Origin: an uncultured Holophaga sp. | Lineage (GTDB): Bacteria > Acidobacteriota > Holophagae > Holophagales > Holophagaceae | Reading direction: 5' to 3' | Assembly (NCBI GenBank): GCA_963664825.1 | Contig: OY761614.1 | Location: forward strand, 1,824,001-1,888,000 | Length of the DNA: 64,000 bases | Shown: positions 54,766-64,000 of the stretch, piece by piece | Layout of the letters: each line of letters begins with the position of its first letter | Numbering within the stretch: the first letter of the stretch is position 1 | Notes under the pieces: model-generated | Seen by the model: the letters and a program-made list of their open reading frames with translations, nothing else | Told to the model about the DNA's origin: nothing | The model's database searches: none | Program-made: the position numbers and the translations under genes

Positions 54766-56916
54766 ATGGTAGAACAACAGATCCATGACTGGCTCCGCGC
54801 CGGGGGTCCCGCACCTGAGGCTCCCTCGGAGCCTCAGGTGCGACCCGGTGGTCGCCACGTCATGGACCGCATCTTCGCGCCCCCCGAGGGCCGGATCTTC
54901 AGTTGCTTCCCGGGAGCGGAGGAGAGGCCTGGGCAGCGGCGCATGGCAGAACTGGTCTTCGACGCGGTGCAGGAGGGCGAAGCCCGCTTCTCGGCCTGGC
55001 GCCAATCCGGAGGGGATGCGGAGAGTCGCCCCGATGGCCTGCTTCAGGCCATCGAGGCGGGCACGGGCACGGGGAAATCCCTGGGCTACCTCATCCCGGC
55101 CCTCCAGGCCAAGCGTCATCCGGTGTTGGTGGCCACCCGCACCAAACAGCTCCAGCGCCAACTGCTGGATGACGATCTGCCCCGGGCCCGGGGCATCCTG
55201 GGCCTGGAGGTCAAGGCCGTGCTGGCCAAGGGGCGCTCCAACTACCTCTGCAGGACGGCCTGGGAGGCCCAGGAGGGCAGCCCGCCCAGCGAGATCGCGC
55301 GCCAGGATTTCGGGCTCTGGCAGGCCCTGCCCCAATGGGCCAAGGAGACTCAGACCGGCGACCGGGAGGAACTGGGCCGCTACGGCGAAGGGGAATCCGA
55401 ACTCTGGGACCGCCTCAATGCCCGGGTGGAGCGCTGTACTGGCAAGCAATGCCCCCGCTACGAGACCTGCTTTCTGACCAAGCTGCGGGTGCAGGTGGCC
55501 GAGGCCGATCTGGTCATCGTGAACCATGCCCTGCTCTTGGCGGACCGGGTGCTCCGGGAAAGCGCCTTCGGACAGGTCCTGCCCGATGCTCCCGTGCTCA
55601 TCCTGGACGAGGCCCACGAGATCGAGGAACAGCTCACGGAGAGTTGCAGCGAGGCCTGGTCCAGCCGGGCCATGACCATGCTCTTCCGGGACCTGGAGGA
55701 GGAATGCGCCAAGGATCCCGAGGGTGCAGCGCTGGAAGTTCTGCTAGGGCCCTGGAAGGAGGCCTGGTCGAACCTGCTGGCCCTGGTGCCCCTGGAGAAC
55801 GGGCTGCTGGGCTTCGAGGACCCGCGCCTGCCCTTGAGGGAACTGGCCGACGCCGTGGGGGTCTGGATCAAGGTCGGTCAGGAGGCCCTCAAGGAGGCCC
55901 GTCGCCTCGCCCTGCGCCAGAAGGGGGACGCTCCCGAGGATATGCAGTGGCGCAAGCTCATGGAGCGCATCACCACGGCATTCTCCCGCATGGAACAGAT
56001 ATTCGCCCAGCCCGAGGGCTGGGTGAGCACCCTCAGCCGGGAGGGGCCTCAGACCGTCCTCTTCAAGGCCAATCCCGTGGACGTGAAGCCCTTCTTCCAT
56101 CAGCATCTGCGCCGGGGCTTCGAGACCGTGATCCTCACCAGCGCGACGCTCCGGGATGGCAAGGGCTTCAATGGCCTCAAACTGAGGCTGGGGCTCTCCC
56201 ACGAGGAGGCCCAGCGGGCCGAGCACGTGGAGAGCCCCTTCGACTTCGGCACCCAGGGCCTGCTCTTCGTGCCTCCGGGCATCCCCCAGCGCCAGGCGGG
56301 GCGGAACGGCGTGGGCGAACCCGCCTGGGTGGAGGCGAGCATGGAGGCCATGGGGCGCCTGCTGCGGGCCAGCCGGGGCCGCGCCCTCCTGCTCTTCACC
56401 AGCCGCAAGATGCTGGCGGCCTTCAGGCCCCGGCTGGAATCGGCGCTGCCGTCCATGACCTTCTTCGTCCAGGGGGAGGGCCTCACGCGCCACGCCATGC
56501 TGGAGCGGTTTCGGACCACGCCCAACGCCGCTCTCCTGGGCCTAGCCAGCTTCTGGCAAGGAGTGGATCTGCCGGGGGAGGCCCTTTCCCTGGTGGTGGT
56601 GACGGCCCTGCCCTTCGCGCCTCCGGACGATCCCGTGCTTCAGGCTCGGGTGCGGGAAGCCGACGCCATTCGCCAGGGCCTGGGCTTCGTGGGCATCCAG
56701 GTGCCCGCCATGACCCTCAAGCTCAAGCAGGGCATCGGCCGCCTCATCCGCACCCGCACCGACAAGGGGGTGGTGTGCATCCTGGATCCGCGCATGATGC
56801 TGCCCACGGAAGATTCCAACGGGAAGCGCTATGCCGCCCAGGTTCGCGCCGCCCTGCCGCCCTTTCCCATCACACGGGACTGGGAGGAAGTGGAGGGATT
56901 CCTGGAGGGGCTTTGA
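54766..56916 (+). CDS. DinG/YoaA-family ATP-dependent DNA helicase
   Basis: EAGTGTGKS, KGRSNYLC, Fe-S cysteines, DEAH, LTSATL, QGIGRLIR; start uncertain. Confidence 0.93.
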   Translation: MVEQQIHDWLRAGGPAPEAPSEPQVRPGGRHVMDRIFAPPEGRIFSCFPGAEERPGQRRMAELVFDAVQEGEARFSAWRQSGGDAESRPDGLLQAIEAGTGTGKSLGYLIPALQAKRHPVLVATRTKQLQRQLLDDDLPRARGILGLEVKAVLAKGRSNYLCRTAWEAQEGSPPSEIARQDFGLWQALPQWAKETQTGDREELGRYGEGESELWDRLNARVERCTGKQCPRYETCFLTKLRVQVAEADLVIVNHALLLADRVLRESAFGQVLPDAPVLILDEAHEIEEQLTESCSEAWSSRAMTMLFRDLEEECAKDPEGAALEVLLGPWKEAWSNLLALVPLENGLLGFEDPRLPLRELADAVGVWIKVGQEALKEARRLALRQKGDAPEDMQWRKLMERITTAFSRMEQIFAQPEGWVSTLSREGPQTVLFKANPVDVKPFFHQHLRRGFETVILTSATLRDGKGFNGLKLRLGLSHEEAQRAEHVESPFDFGTQGLLFVPPGIPQRQAGRNGVGEPAWVEASMEAMGRLLRASRGRALLLFTSRKMLAAFRPRLESALPSMTFFVQGEGLTRHAMLERFRTTPNAALLGLASFWQGVDLPGEALSLVVVTALPFAPPDDPVLQARVREADAIRQGLGFVGIQVPAMTLKLKQGIGRLIRTRTDKGVVCILDPRMMLPTEDSNGKRYAAQVRAALPPFPITRDWEEVEGFLEGL

Positions 56917-56962
56917 GCCTCGCCGGGCACGTTCACCCCGGTGGCTGTATCCTGATGGGGTT

Positions 56963-57823
56963 GTGATAAGCCGCGCCTCCCTGACCTTAGCCTTGGTTTC
57001 CCTGGCCCTTCCGGCCGGCACGCCGAAGGCCTTCCGCGGCAAGACCTACCTCTACACCTACTACGACCGCCAGGGGAACGTGGTGATCAACAATCTGCCG
57101 CCGGGCTACATGCAGGGGCAGGGGCTCACTTTGAAGCATGTGGGCGTGGGCCATGTGCGCCTGGCCGTCACCCGCCAGGAGATGGCCAAGGTCCTGCGCA
57201 GCCCGGAGCTGCTGGCCCTGGTCGATGAGATCGCCCACGCCTCGGGTGTGGATCCCTTCCTGGCCCGGGCCATCATCCAGGCCGAGAGCGCCTTCAACTA
57301 CAAGGCTAGGAGCCGAACGGGCGCTCTTGGGCTCATGCAGCTGATGCCCGCCACCGCCGAGCGTTTCGGCGTGCTCGACCCCTTCGATCCCCGCCAGAAC
57401 ATCATGGGCGGCACCAAATACCTGCGCTGGCTCCTGGACTACTTCAAGGGTGATCTCACCAAGACCATCGCCGCCTACAACGCCGGAGAGGGCGCCGTGG
57501 ACCGCCATCACGGCATTCCCCCCTTCCAGGAGACCCGGGCCTACGTGCCCAAGGTGATGGATCTCTACTCCCGGAAGCTCGTCCAGGCCGACCCCAAGGC
57601 TGCGGGCTCCATGGCCCTGCTCAAGAAGGGCCGGGGGGGCTTCACCGTGGAGGAGACGCCCCTGCAAGCCAAACCAGCGGGCCAGGAAATCGCCCAGGAC
57701 TCTCATGGCAGCACCCTCTTCCAGTGGGTGGACGCCAACGGGCGCCTCCAGATCAGCGACCAGGCTCCGCCCAGGGGCACCAAGGGAGTCAAGGTCTACG
57801 GCGGCGGCAGCAGCGGAGGCTGA
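56963..57823 (+). CDS. Lytic transglycosylase (SLT domain)
   Basis: IQAES, GALGLMQLMP, AAYNAG, ETRAYV. Confidence 0.92.
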   Translation: MISRASLTLALVSLALPAGTPKAFRGKTYLYTYYDRQGNVVINNLPPGYMQGQGLTLKHVGVGHVRLAVTRQEMAKVLRSPELLALVDEIAHASGVDPFLARAIIQAESAFNYKARSRTGALGLMQLMPATAERFGVLDPFDPRQNIMGGTKYLRWLLDYFKGDLTKTIAAYNAGEGAVDRHHGIPPFQETRAYVPKVMDLYSRKLVQADPKAAGSMALLKKGRGGFTVEETPLQAKPAGQEIAQDSHGSTLFQWVDANGRLQISDQAPPRGTKGVKVYGGGSSGG

Positions 57824-57868
57824 GGGGGGAGGCTTGGGCTTCGGGCCTAAACATCGCATCATGCAAGG

Positions 57869-59119
57869 ATGTCTTCCGGAGCGCGCATGAATCCCCGAGG
57901 TCGCAGCGCCATGGCCCTGGCGGGGCTCTTCAGCGTATTTGCCCTGGCCCAGGGGCCTACGCCCGTCAAGCCCACGCAAGCCGAGGCCATGGATGCGGTG
58001 ATCGCGGCCAATCGCAAGGGCGCCAAGCCCAGGCCCGTGGCCCCCGGGATCCCCCTATCGGCGGAGGATCGCCGGAGGGCCAAGGTCTTCCAGGCGGCGA
58101 AAAAGTCCGTGGTCTTCGTCCGCTCGGCCACCAAGGAATTCGCGATCACGGATCTGCGGACGGGCCGCCAATTCGATGTGCCCCCGGGCACGGGGACGGG
58201 CTTCGTCTGGGACGAGCTGGGGCATGTGGTCACCAACTATCACGTGGTCACCGTGGAGGACCAGGATGGCGTGCCCAGCGCCGAGGCCGAGGACTTGACG
58301 GTGACCCTGGCCGATGGGGAGCATTACCGGGCGCGGGTGATCGGGCGGAGCCTGGCCTGTGATATCGCCGTGCTGCACGTGTTCGCGCCGCTGAACCAGC
58401 TGAAGGCCCTGGGGCTCGGTTCCTCCCGGCGGCTGGTGGTGGGCCAATCCGTATTGGCCATCGGCAACCCCTTCAGCCTGGATCACACCCTCACCTCCGG
58501 CATCGTCTCGGGGCTCGGCCGCGAGATGTTGACCACCTATGGGACCCCCATCAGGGACGTGATCCAGACCGATGCCGCCATCAATCCAGGGAATTCCGGG
58601 GGACCGCTCCTGGATATGTCCGGGCGCCTCATCGGGATGAATACGGCCATCACGAGCACCTCCGGATCCAGCGCCGGGGTGGGTTTCGCCATCCCCGTCG
58701 ATACGCTGAACCGCATCGTGCCCGAGCTCATCGAGAAGGGGCGGCACGGCCTACCCGAACTGGGTTTCGAAAATCTGCCGCCCCGAGCCGCGGCGATCCT
58801 GGGCATCACCCAGGGCGTGGCGGTGGCGCGGGTCATGCCCCATAGCTTCGCGGAGCAGTCCGGGCTGAAGGCCTGGGACCTCGAACAGACGAAGGATCCC
58901 GATCATCCCCTGAGGGTGATCGCAAGGGGGGACGTGATCCTGGGCTTCCAGGGCAAGGTCCTTCTCAATTACCTCCATCTCCTGGTGGAGATGGAGGCCC
59001 ATCCCGCGGGTCAGCCCTTCCTGTTCAATGTGCTGCGGGACGGGAAGATCATCCCGATCAGCATCGACCCCTGGCACGAGCGCAAGCAACAACCGCCTAA
59101 AGAGAAGGCCGTCATCTGA
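57869..59119 (+). CDS. HtrA/DegP-like S1C serine protease
   Basis: VTNYHVV, DIAVL, QTDAAINPGNSGGPL, PDZ-like tail. Confidence 0.93.
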   Translation: MSSGARMNPRGRSAMALAGLFSVFALAQGPTPVKPTQAEAMDAVIAANRKGAKPRPVAPGIPLSAEDRRRAKVFQAAKKSVVFVRSATKEFAITDLRTGRQFDVPPGTGTGFVWDELGHVVTNYHVVTVEDQDGVPSAEAEDLTVTLADGEHYRARVIGRSLACDIAVLHVFAPLNQLKALGLGSSRRLVVGQSVLAIGNPFSLDHTLTSGIVSGLGREMLTTYGTPIRDVIQTDAAINPGNSGGPLLDMSGRLIGMNTAITSTSGSSAGVGFAIPVDTLNRIVPELIEKGRHGLPELGFENLPPRAAAILGITQGVAVARVMPHSFAEQSGLKAWDLEQTKDPDHPLRVIARGDVILGFQGKVLLNYLHLLVEMEAHPAGQPFLFNVLRDGKIIPISIDPWHERKQQPPKEKAVI

Positions 59120-59130
59120 CGGCCTTCTCT
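59101..59130. terminator. Hairpin between convergent genes
   Basis: AGAGAAGGCCGTCA-tc-TGACGGCCTTCTCT. Confidence 0.7.
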
Positions 59131-59147
59131 GCGGTTCAAGATTTGGG

Positions 59148-60056
59148 TTACTTCCTGCCCACGTTGATGAGGGGCGTGGCGCCGCCCATGGGAGTGATGA
59201 CCATGTTGCCCTTTTCGCCGATGGCGCGAAGAGCCTGGATGCGCTGGAACTCGATGATCTGGGGCGTGAGGCTGGCGCTGACGATCTGCTGGGCCTTGGC
59301 CTGGCCCTCGGCCTCGATGCGCTTGCGCTCGGCCTCCTGCTTCTCTTTCTGGAGCACGAAGGCCATCTTCTGGGCCTCCTGGTCGGCGGCGATCTTGTCG
59401 TTGATGGCCTTGGTGATCTGGTCGGGCAGGATGACGTTGCGCAGGAGCATTTGCTCCATGTTGATGCCCCGGGCCTCGAAGGAGGCCTTGAGGGTCTTCG
59501 ACACCTGGTCCACGAAGGACTGGCGCTTATTGGTGTAGAGTTCGGTGGCCAGGAGGTTGGCCGCCGCATCCCGGAGGCTCGCGCGGATCTCGCTGCGGAG
59601 AATCTTCTCTTCCACTTCCGGGCCGATCTCCCGGTAGATCTGGGCCACCTTGGCCTGCTGGAGGGAGTAGAAGATCGTGGCGTCCAGCCTCACCGTCAGG
59701 CCATCGCTGGTGATGACCTGAATGGAGTCATCGCCCTTCTTCTGGCCCTCGTCGCCCATATTGGACATGGTGTAGTTCCGGGTGCGCACTTCCATCTCCG
59801 CGACGGTGGCGAAGGGGTTGATGAAGTGCAGGCCCGAGGGCAGGGGCTCGAGGTTCACCTTGCCGAAGAGCACGATGATGCCGGCCTGTCCCACGGGAAC
59901 GATGACGGCCATCGACCCGATGAAGAGCATGGTCCCCAGGGCCAAGGCGCCCCATTGCAGGACTCCCAGCTGTTTCGAGAGGGGAAACTCGGCCTTGGTC
60001 TTGATTCGCCAGGCGGCGATTCCCACCAGGATGAGGAGCAGTGCGATCAATACCAT
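59148..60056 (-). CDS. SPFH/prohibitin-family protein
   Basis: GLHFINPF, TSDGL, AI..K..A.QEA..EAERKRIEAEG. Confidence 0.92.
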   Translation of the reverse strand: MVLIALLLILVGIAAWRIKTKAEFPLSKQLGVLQWGALALGTMLFIGSMAVIVPVGQAGIIVLFGKVNLEPLPSGLHFINPFATVAEMEVRTRNYTMSNMGDEGQKKGDDSIQVITSDGLTVRLDATIFYSLQQAKVAQIYREIGPEVEEKILRSEIRASLRDAAANLLATELYTNKRQSFVDQVSKTLKASFEARGINMEQMLLRNVILPDQITKAINDKIAADQEAQKMAFVLQKEKQEAERKRIEAEGQAKAQQIVSASLTPQIIEFQRIQALRAIGEKGNMVITPMGGATPLINVGRK

Positions 60057-60165
60057 GATGCCTCCGGTGGGGTTTCCCACCTTGTCAGAGTTGCCAAGGG
60101 CGGAGGACCCCACAAGGGAATTCGCAAGAGGATCGCCAAAAGGCGGCTCCTATCGGCTCAAGGGG

Positions 60166-61182
60166 CTATTTTCTGGGGGAGGCCGGGAGATAGGCCAGGG
60201 GCACCTTCAGGGACTCCTCCTGGCCTTCGAAGCGGAGGACGAGCAGGGCCCTGGCCTCGGTCTCTCCCGTGCGGAGGATCCCCAGTTTTTGTTCGGGCGC
60301 CGCGGTTTGGGAGCGAGGGGCCAGGGCGAAGCCCTCACCCTCGATGAGGGCGCTCTGGATGGAAAAGGGCCGTCCATCCCGGCTCTTCAGGGCCAAGGGG
60401 AGTTCCTTCACCTGGGCCTCCAGGAAGACCAGACGGCTGGGCGTGGCCTCCACGGGCCTGCGGAGTTTCCAGTCGGCGTAGAGAGTGAAGCGGGGCTGGT
60501 GGGGGGCATTGGATTCGATCACGAGGGTTTCCAGCCCCAGCGCGATGCCGGGGGCCACCTTCCCGGGGCGGAAGGTGAGCCGCAGTTCGGCCCTATGCGC
60601 TCCGGTTTCGATCTCCTGCTCCAGGTAATCCGGCAGGGGCGTCACCAGGTGCACCTGCAGGGGGAGATCGGATTCCCGGGTGAAGAGGAAACTGAGCTGG
60701 GGGCTCTCGTGGGAGGCGATCTCCCCGAAGCTCTTGCGCGCCTGATCCACGGTGAGATCGGGGCGGACGATCATCTCCACGGGCAGCTGGTATTTCCCTT
60801 GCCGGGGATCATCGGTGATGAGGCGCACGCTGCGGCGCTGGGTCCCCACGAAATCCGTGGGATCGATGGCCATGGTGAGGGAGGCCGATTCATGAGGTCC
60901 GATGGGCTTTTCCAGGGCCGGGCCCTGCACGGTCACGCCGGGGGAGAGATCCCCCACCCGGAGGGAGATGGGCGTGGCGCTGGTGTTCTGGAAGGTGTAG
61001 GCGAGGGTCTTCTTCTCCATGGGGCCGACCGATCCGATCGGCACGCGCCCCTTGGGCGTGATGGCCAGCCGGGGCGGGTCGATGGCCTGAACAGGGGCCT
61101 GGACAGGCTCGGCCTTGGAGGGCAGGGGCTGGGCCAGGAGGGCCAGGGGGAGGAAGAGGGTGGCTAGGATTCGTGCCTGCAT
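60166..61182 (-). CDS. Exported Ig-like (DUF1573-like) protein
   Basis: Signal peptide, Y.F.N....P...I.P.ES, DDP motif. Confidence 0.55.
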   Translation of the reverse strand: MQARILATLFLPLALLAQPLPSKAEPVQAPVQAIDPPRLAITPKGRVPIGSVGPMEKKTLAYTFQNTSATPISLRVGDLSPGVTVQGPALEKPIGPHESASLTMAIDPTDFVGTQRRSVRLITDDPRQGKYQLPVEMIVRPDLTVDQARKSFGEIASHESPQLSFLFTRESDLPLQVHLVTPLPDYLEQEIETGAHRAELRLTFRPGKVAPGIALGLETLVIESNAPHQPRFTLYADWKLRRPVEATPSRLVFLEAQVKELPLALKSRDGRPFSIQSALIEGEGFALAPRSQTAAPEQKLGILRTGETEARALLVLRFEGQEESLKVPLAYLPASPRK

Positions 61183-61259
61183 GTTGAGCCTTCAGGAGAT
61201 GCCCCTAGTCTGCCTCAAGGGAGGATGGGGGGCGAAGGGTCTTCTTCCGTGGCTCCCCC

Positions 61260-61901
61260 TCAGAACTGAAGGCCGACCCCGAAGGTCCACATGCGCTCGA
61301 ATTCCTGGCCGCTGCCCTGGGCGCCGAGGTATTCGACGAGATCGGCCACCTTGCTCACCTTCACGGGATGGTCCTTGCCGAGGGGCTGCTGGTAGCTGGC
61401 GGCCAGGTAGGGGCTCAGCACAGGGATGGGCAGGCGCCACCGCGAGCCTACCCGCAGCCAGGTGCGGGAGAGGGTGTGGTCCTCGGAAGCGCCGGGAGTC
61501 TCGAATTGGTATTTCTGGAAGCGCTGGATGAGCCCAAGCTCTCCCGCGATGCCCGTGAAGGGGAGCCAGAACTGGGCGTTGACCCCTAGGCCTGCCCCGT
61601 ATTGCTTGAGTGTGGTGGCCTGGTTGACGGCGCCCTGGACCTGGCCATCGGCCTTCCAGTGGGCCACTTCCACGCCCCAGTCGAACTTGAGCACTGGCCC
61701 CATGCGGATGATGCGATGGCTCAGGGTGAAGATGGCCCCGTGTCCCGTGTCCAGGTTTCCCGCGAAGTAATCCGTGGTGCCCTGGATCATGGTCTGGGGC
61801 AGGTTCTGGCCCTTGGGGAAGGGCACTTCCACCCGCAGATCCCAGGCCTGGGCGGAGAGGGGGAGGACGGCAAGGGTGAGGAGGGTTGCGCGCAGGAACA
61901 T
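61260..61901 (-). CDS. Outer-membrane beta-barrel protein
   Basis: Signal peptide, amphipathic strands, C-terminal GVGLQF. Confidence 0.75.
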   Translation of the reverse strand: MFLRATLLTLAVLPLSAQAWDLRVEVPFPKGQNLPQTMIQGTTDYFAGNLDTGHGAIFTLSHRIIRMGPVLKFDWGVEVAHWKADGQVQGAVNQATTLKQYGAGLGVNAQFWLPFTGIAGELGLIQRFQKYQFETPGASEDHTLSRTWLRVGSRWRLPIPVLSPYLAASYQQPLGKDHPVKVSKVADLVEYLGAQGSGQEFERMWTFGVGLQF

Positions 61902-61994
61902 GGGAAATGTCTCCGGGACTTCCTGGGAGTTTAGCCGCCAGGGTTACGGGATTCCTCCTATTCCATTCCGAGGCTGAAAACATATTTTTCAGAT

Positions 61995-62008
61995 GTCATC
62001 TTTTTGAC
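61995..62008. promoter_or_regulatory. FleQ-type box GTCA-N6-TGAC
   Basis: GTCATCTTTTTGAC in the divergent intergenic region. Confidence 0.4.
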
Positions 62009-62059
62009 TTGAACCTTAGGCCCATGGATCTAGGCTAGTTCCAAGCAACAGGAAACCTC

Positions 62060-63481
62060 ATGCCCGCTTTGCCTCGTCTCCATTGGTCCACTCTGGGTGA
62101 GCCCACCCAGGGCCATGAGCATCGCTGGGCCAGCGCCTGGGAGCTGACGATCGACCGCAATGCCGCGGCCTCGCTGCCTCCGGAGGATACGGATCTCTGG
62201 GTCGTGAGCGCGGATGCCCCGGAGCCTTCCCCTGCCTTGCTCCGGGCCATCGCGGAGGTCTCGGCCCTCCCCGTGCTTCTGCTGCGCTCGGAAACCAAGC
62301 CCGTGCCCGCCCGGGTGCTGGCGGCCTGGAGCGCCCTGGGTTCCGTGCGTTGGGGCATCCTCTCCGGGGATCCTCCCCAGCCTGGCCTCCGGCCCCTGGC
62401 CGCTCATGTGGCGCCCCTCACCGCCGGACAGGCCCTCAGCCTGGGTCTCGTGGGCTTCGGCCCCGCCATGCAGGAGGTCCTGGCCAAGGCCCGGTCCGCC
62501 GCGGCCACCAAGGCCACGGTCCTCCTCCAGGGGGAGAGCGGCACCGGCAAGGAGGTCATCGCCCGGGCCATCCACCGCCTCAGCGCCGAGGCCGATGGCC
62601 CCTTCGTGCCCGTGCACTGCGGCGCCATCCCCGAGAACCTCATCGAATCCGAACTCTTCGGCTACACCAAGGGCGCCTTCACGGATGCCCGCAAGGACAC
62701 CCCCGGCAAGTTCCGGGAGGCCCATGGTGGCACGATCTTCCTGGACGAAGTGGCCACCATGCCCCTGGTGGCCCAGGTGCGCCTGCTGCGGGTGCTCCAG
62801 GAGCGGGAAGTCCAGCCCCTGGGCGGGGGTGGTCCCATCCGGGTGGATGTGCGCGTGGTGGCCGCCACCAATACCGATCTCTGGAAACGGGTGCAGGATG
62901 GGCTGTTCCGGGAGGATCTCTTCTACCGCCTGGAGGTCATCCCCATCACGCTGCCCCCCTTAAGGGCGCGGCGGGAGGAAGTGCCCTTCCTCGCCCAGCA
63001 TTTCCTCAACCGCAAGGCCCGGGAACACGGCCTCTACCCCAAGGCCCTCCATCCCAGTGTGGACCCGCTGCTCATGGCCATGCCTTGGCCGGGCAATGTG
63101 CGTCAGCTGGAAAATGCCATCGAGCGCGCCATTGTGCTCTCTCCTGGCCGTCCGGTGCTTGTCCGCGAGGACTTCACCTTCCTCACGGAGCGCGTGCCCG
63201 ATGGCGCCGAACTCATCGCCAACCTGCCCCCCGTCCGGGAGGCGCTGGGGGTGGAGGCCCCCTCGGCCTCGATGTCCATGGATCTGCCCCCCGAAGGCCT
63301 GGATCTGAACCAGGTGGTCTCCGACGTGGAGAAGAAACTCATGCTCCAGTCCCTCCAGATCACCCGGGGCAACAAGAAGCGGGCCGCCGAGCTGCTGGGC
63401 CTCAAGCGCACGACCTTCTTGGAAAAGATGAAGCGGCTGGAACTCGAAGACGCCGAACCTGTTCCCCAGGACGAGGATTAG
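62060..63481 (+). CDS. Sigma54-dependent activator (FleQ-like HTH)
   Basis: [36 protein letters not shown]. Confidence 0.92.
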   Translation: MPALPRLHWSTLGEPTQGHEHRWASAWELTIDRNAAASLPPEDTDLWVVSADAPEPSPALLRAIAEVSALPVLLLRSETKPVPARVLAAWSALGSVRWGILSGDPPQPGLRPLAAHVAPLTAGQALSLGLVGFGPAMQEVLAKARSAAATKATVLLQGESGTGKEVIARAIHRLSAEADGPFVPVHCGAIPENLIESELFGYTKGAFTDARKDTPGKFREAHGGTIFLDEVATMPLVAQVRLLRVLQEREVQPLGGGGPIRVDVRVVAATNTDLWKRVQDGLFREDLFYRLEVIPITLPPLRARREEVPFLAQHFLNRKAREHGLYPKALHPSVDPLLMAMPWPGNVRQLENAIERAIVLSPGRPVLVREDFTFLTERVPDGAELIANLPPVREALGVEAPSASMSMDLPPEGLDLNQVVSDVEKKLMLQSLQITRGNKKRAAELLGLKRTTFLEKMKRLELEDAEPVPQDED

Positions 63482-63620
63482 CCACCGCGAAGGTGCTGAG
63501 GTCTGAGCCCAGAGGGCGAAGAGGATGAAGCGGCTGGAGCTCGAAGACGCCGAACTCGTTCCCCAGGACGAGGATTAGCCGCCGGGCAGGTGCCGAGGGC
63601 TTGGGGCCAGAGGTCGAGCC
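63427..63620. repeat. Tandem 97-bp duplication of the activator 3' end
   Basis: GATGAAGCGGCTGGA.CTCGAAGACGCCGAAC..GTTCCCCAGGACGAGGATTAGCC at 63427 and 63524. Confidence 0.9.
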
Positions 63621-63651
63621 CTGGCGCGCAGGCGTCTGCTAATCTGGAGCC

Positions 63652-64000
63652 ATGGCCAATTCCGATCTCCATTTGCGCTGGCTCCTGGAGGCGCCCTCAG
63701 GCGTCGAGGAGGCCCTCACCGACTGGCTGATGGCGAAGGGCGCCACGGCCACCTACCGGGAGGCCGATCCGCCCTTCACCCTCTTCGCCTATTTCCCGCC
63801 AGGGCTGGAGGCTCCCGACGCTGGGGGATTGGCTGCCTTTGACGGGGTCCGGCTCCTGAGGGCCGAGGCCTTCGCCGACGAGGACTGGCTGGTCAAGAGC
63901 CGGGAGGGTTTCGGCCGCATCGAGGTGGGGCGAGGCTTCCTGGTGAAGCCCCTCTGGGACAAGGACCCCCATTCGGATGGACGCATGCCCATCATCGTCA
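63652..64000 (+). CDS. prmA: Ribosomal protein L11 methyltransferase, 5' part
   Basis: Hand translation MANSDLHLRWLL..EEAL.D.L..DEDWL...F..I.VG.GF.V.P.W..PIIV runs off the window before the expected PG.AFGTG. Confidence 0.7.
   Translation, partial: MANSDLHLRWLLEAPSGVEEALTDWLMAKGATATYREADPPFTLFAYFPPGLEAPDAGGLAAFDGVRLLRAEAFADEDWLVKSREGFGRIEVGRGFLVKPLWDKDPHSDGRMPIIV

Overview
GC-rich bacterial chromosome segment. Gene content and style suggest an anaerobe such as Acidobacteriota/Holophagae, but this is inference only. Most of the window is housekeeping: prfA, rpmE, an ABC exporter, mpg, guaD, gdhA, rlmH, meaB, menA, MFS/LysR/EamA, tatD, two-component genes, an MCP, RluA, frr, queD, Fur, DinG, SLT, HtrA, SPFH, a sigma54 activator and partial prmA. 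Three tRNAs act as hotspots for accessory DNA. (1) tRNA-Pro(TGG) carries a 2.2-kb integrase-less island between 51-bp att repeats. It holds a collapsed remnant of a bacterial ubiquitin-like operon (truncated E2, JAB-E1 fusion with one in-frame TAG). (2) tRNA-Arg(TCT) carries a 9.1-kb PICI/P4-like satellite between 47-bp att repeats. It encodes an integrase, AlpA, a primase-helicase with iterons and a lambda Nu1/Rpp-like HTH gene behind twin cos-like sites, and it has a dif-like site. It also carries two non-coding arrays of back-to-back, all-different palindromes. One array encloses a cas-less, type I-E-like mini repeat array (29+32 bp) whose spacers are themselves palindromes; this is the best candidate for an undescribed system. 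A toxin-antitoxin-SecB-chaperone (TAC) triad follows the satellite. (3) tRNA-Pro(GGG) and the Arg attR are each followed by an inverted and then a direct copy of their own T-arm. All calls come from motif reading; no database searches were run.
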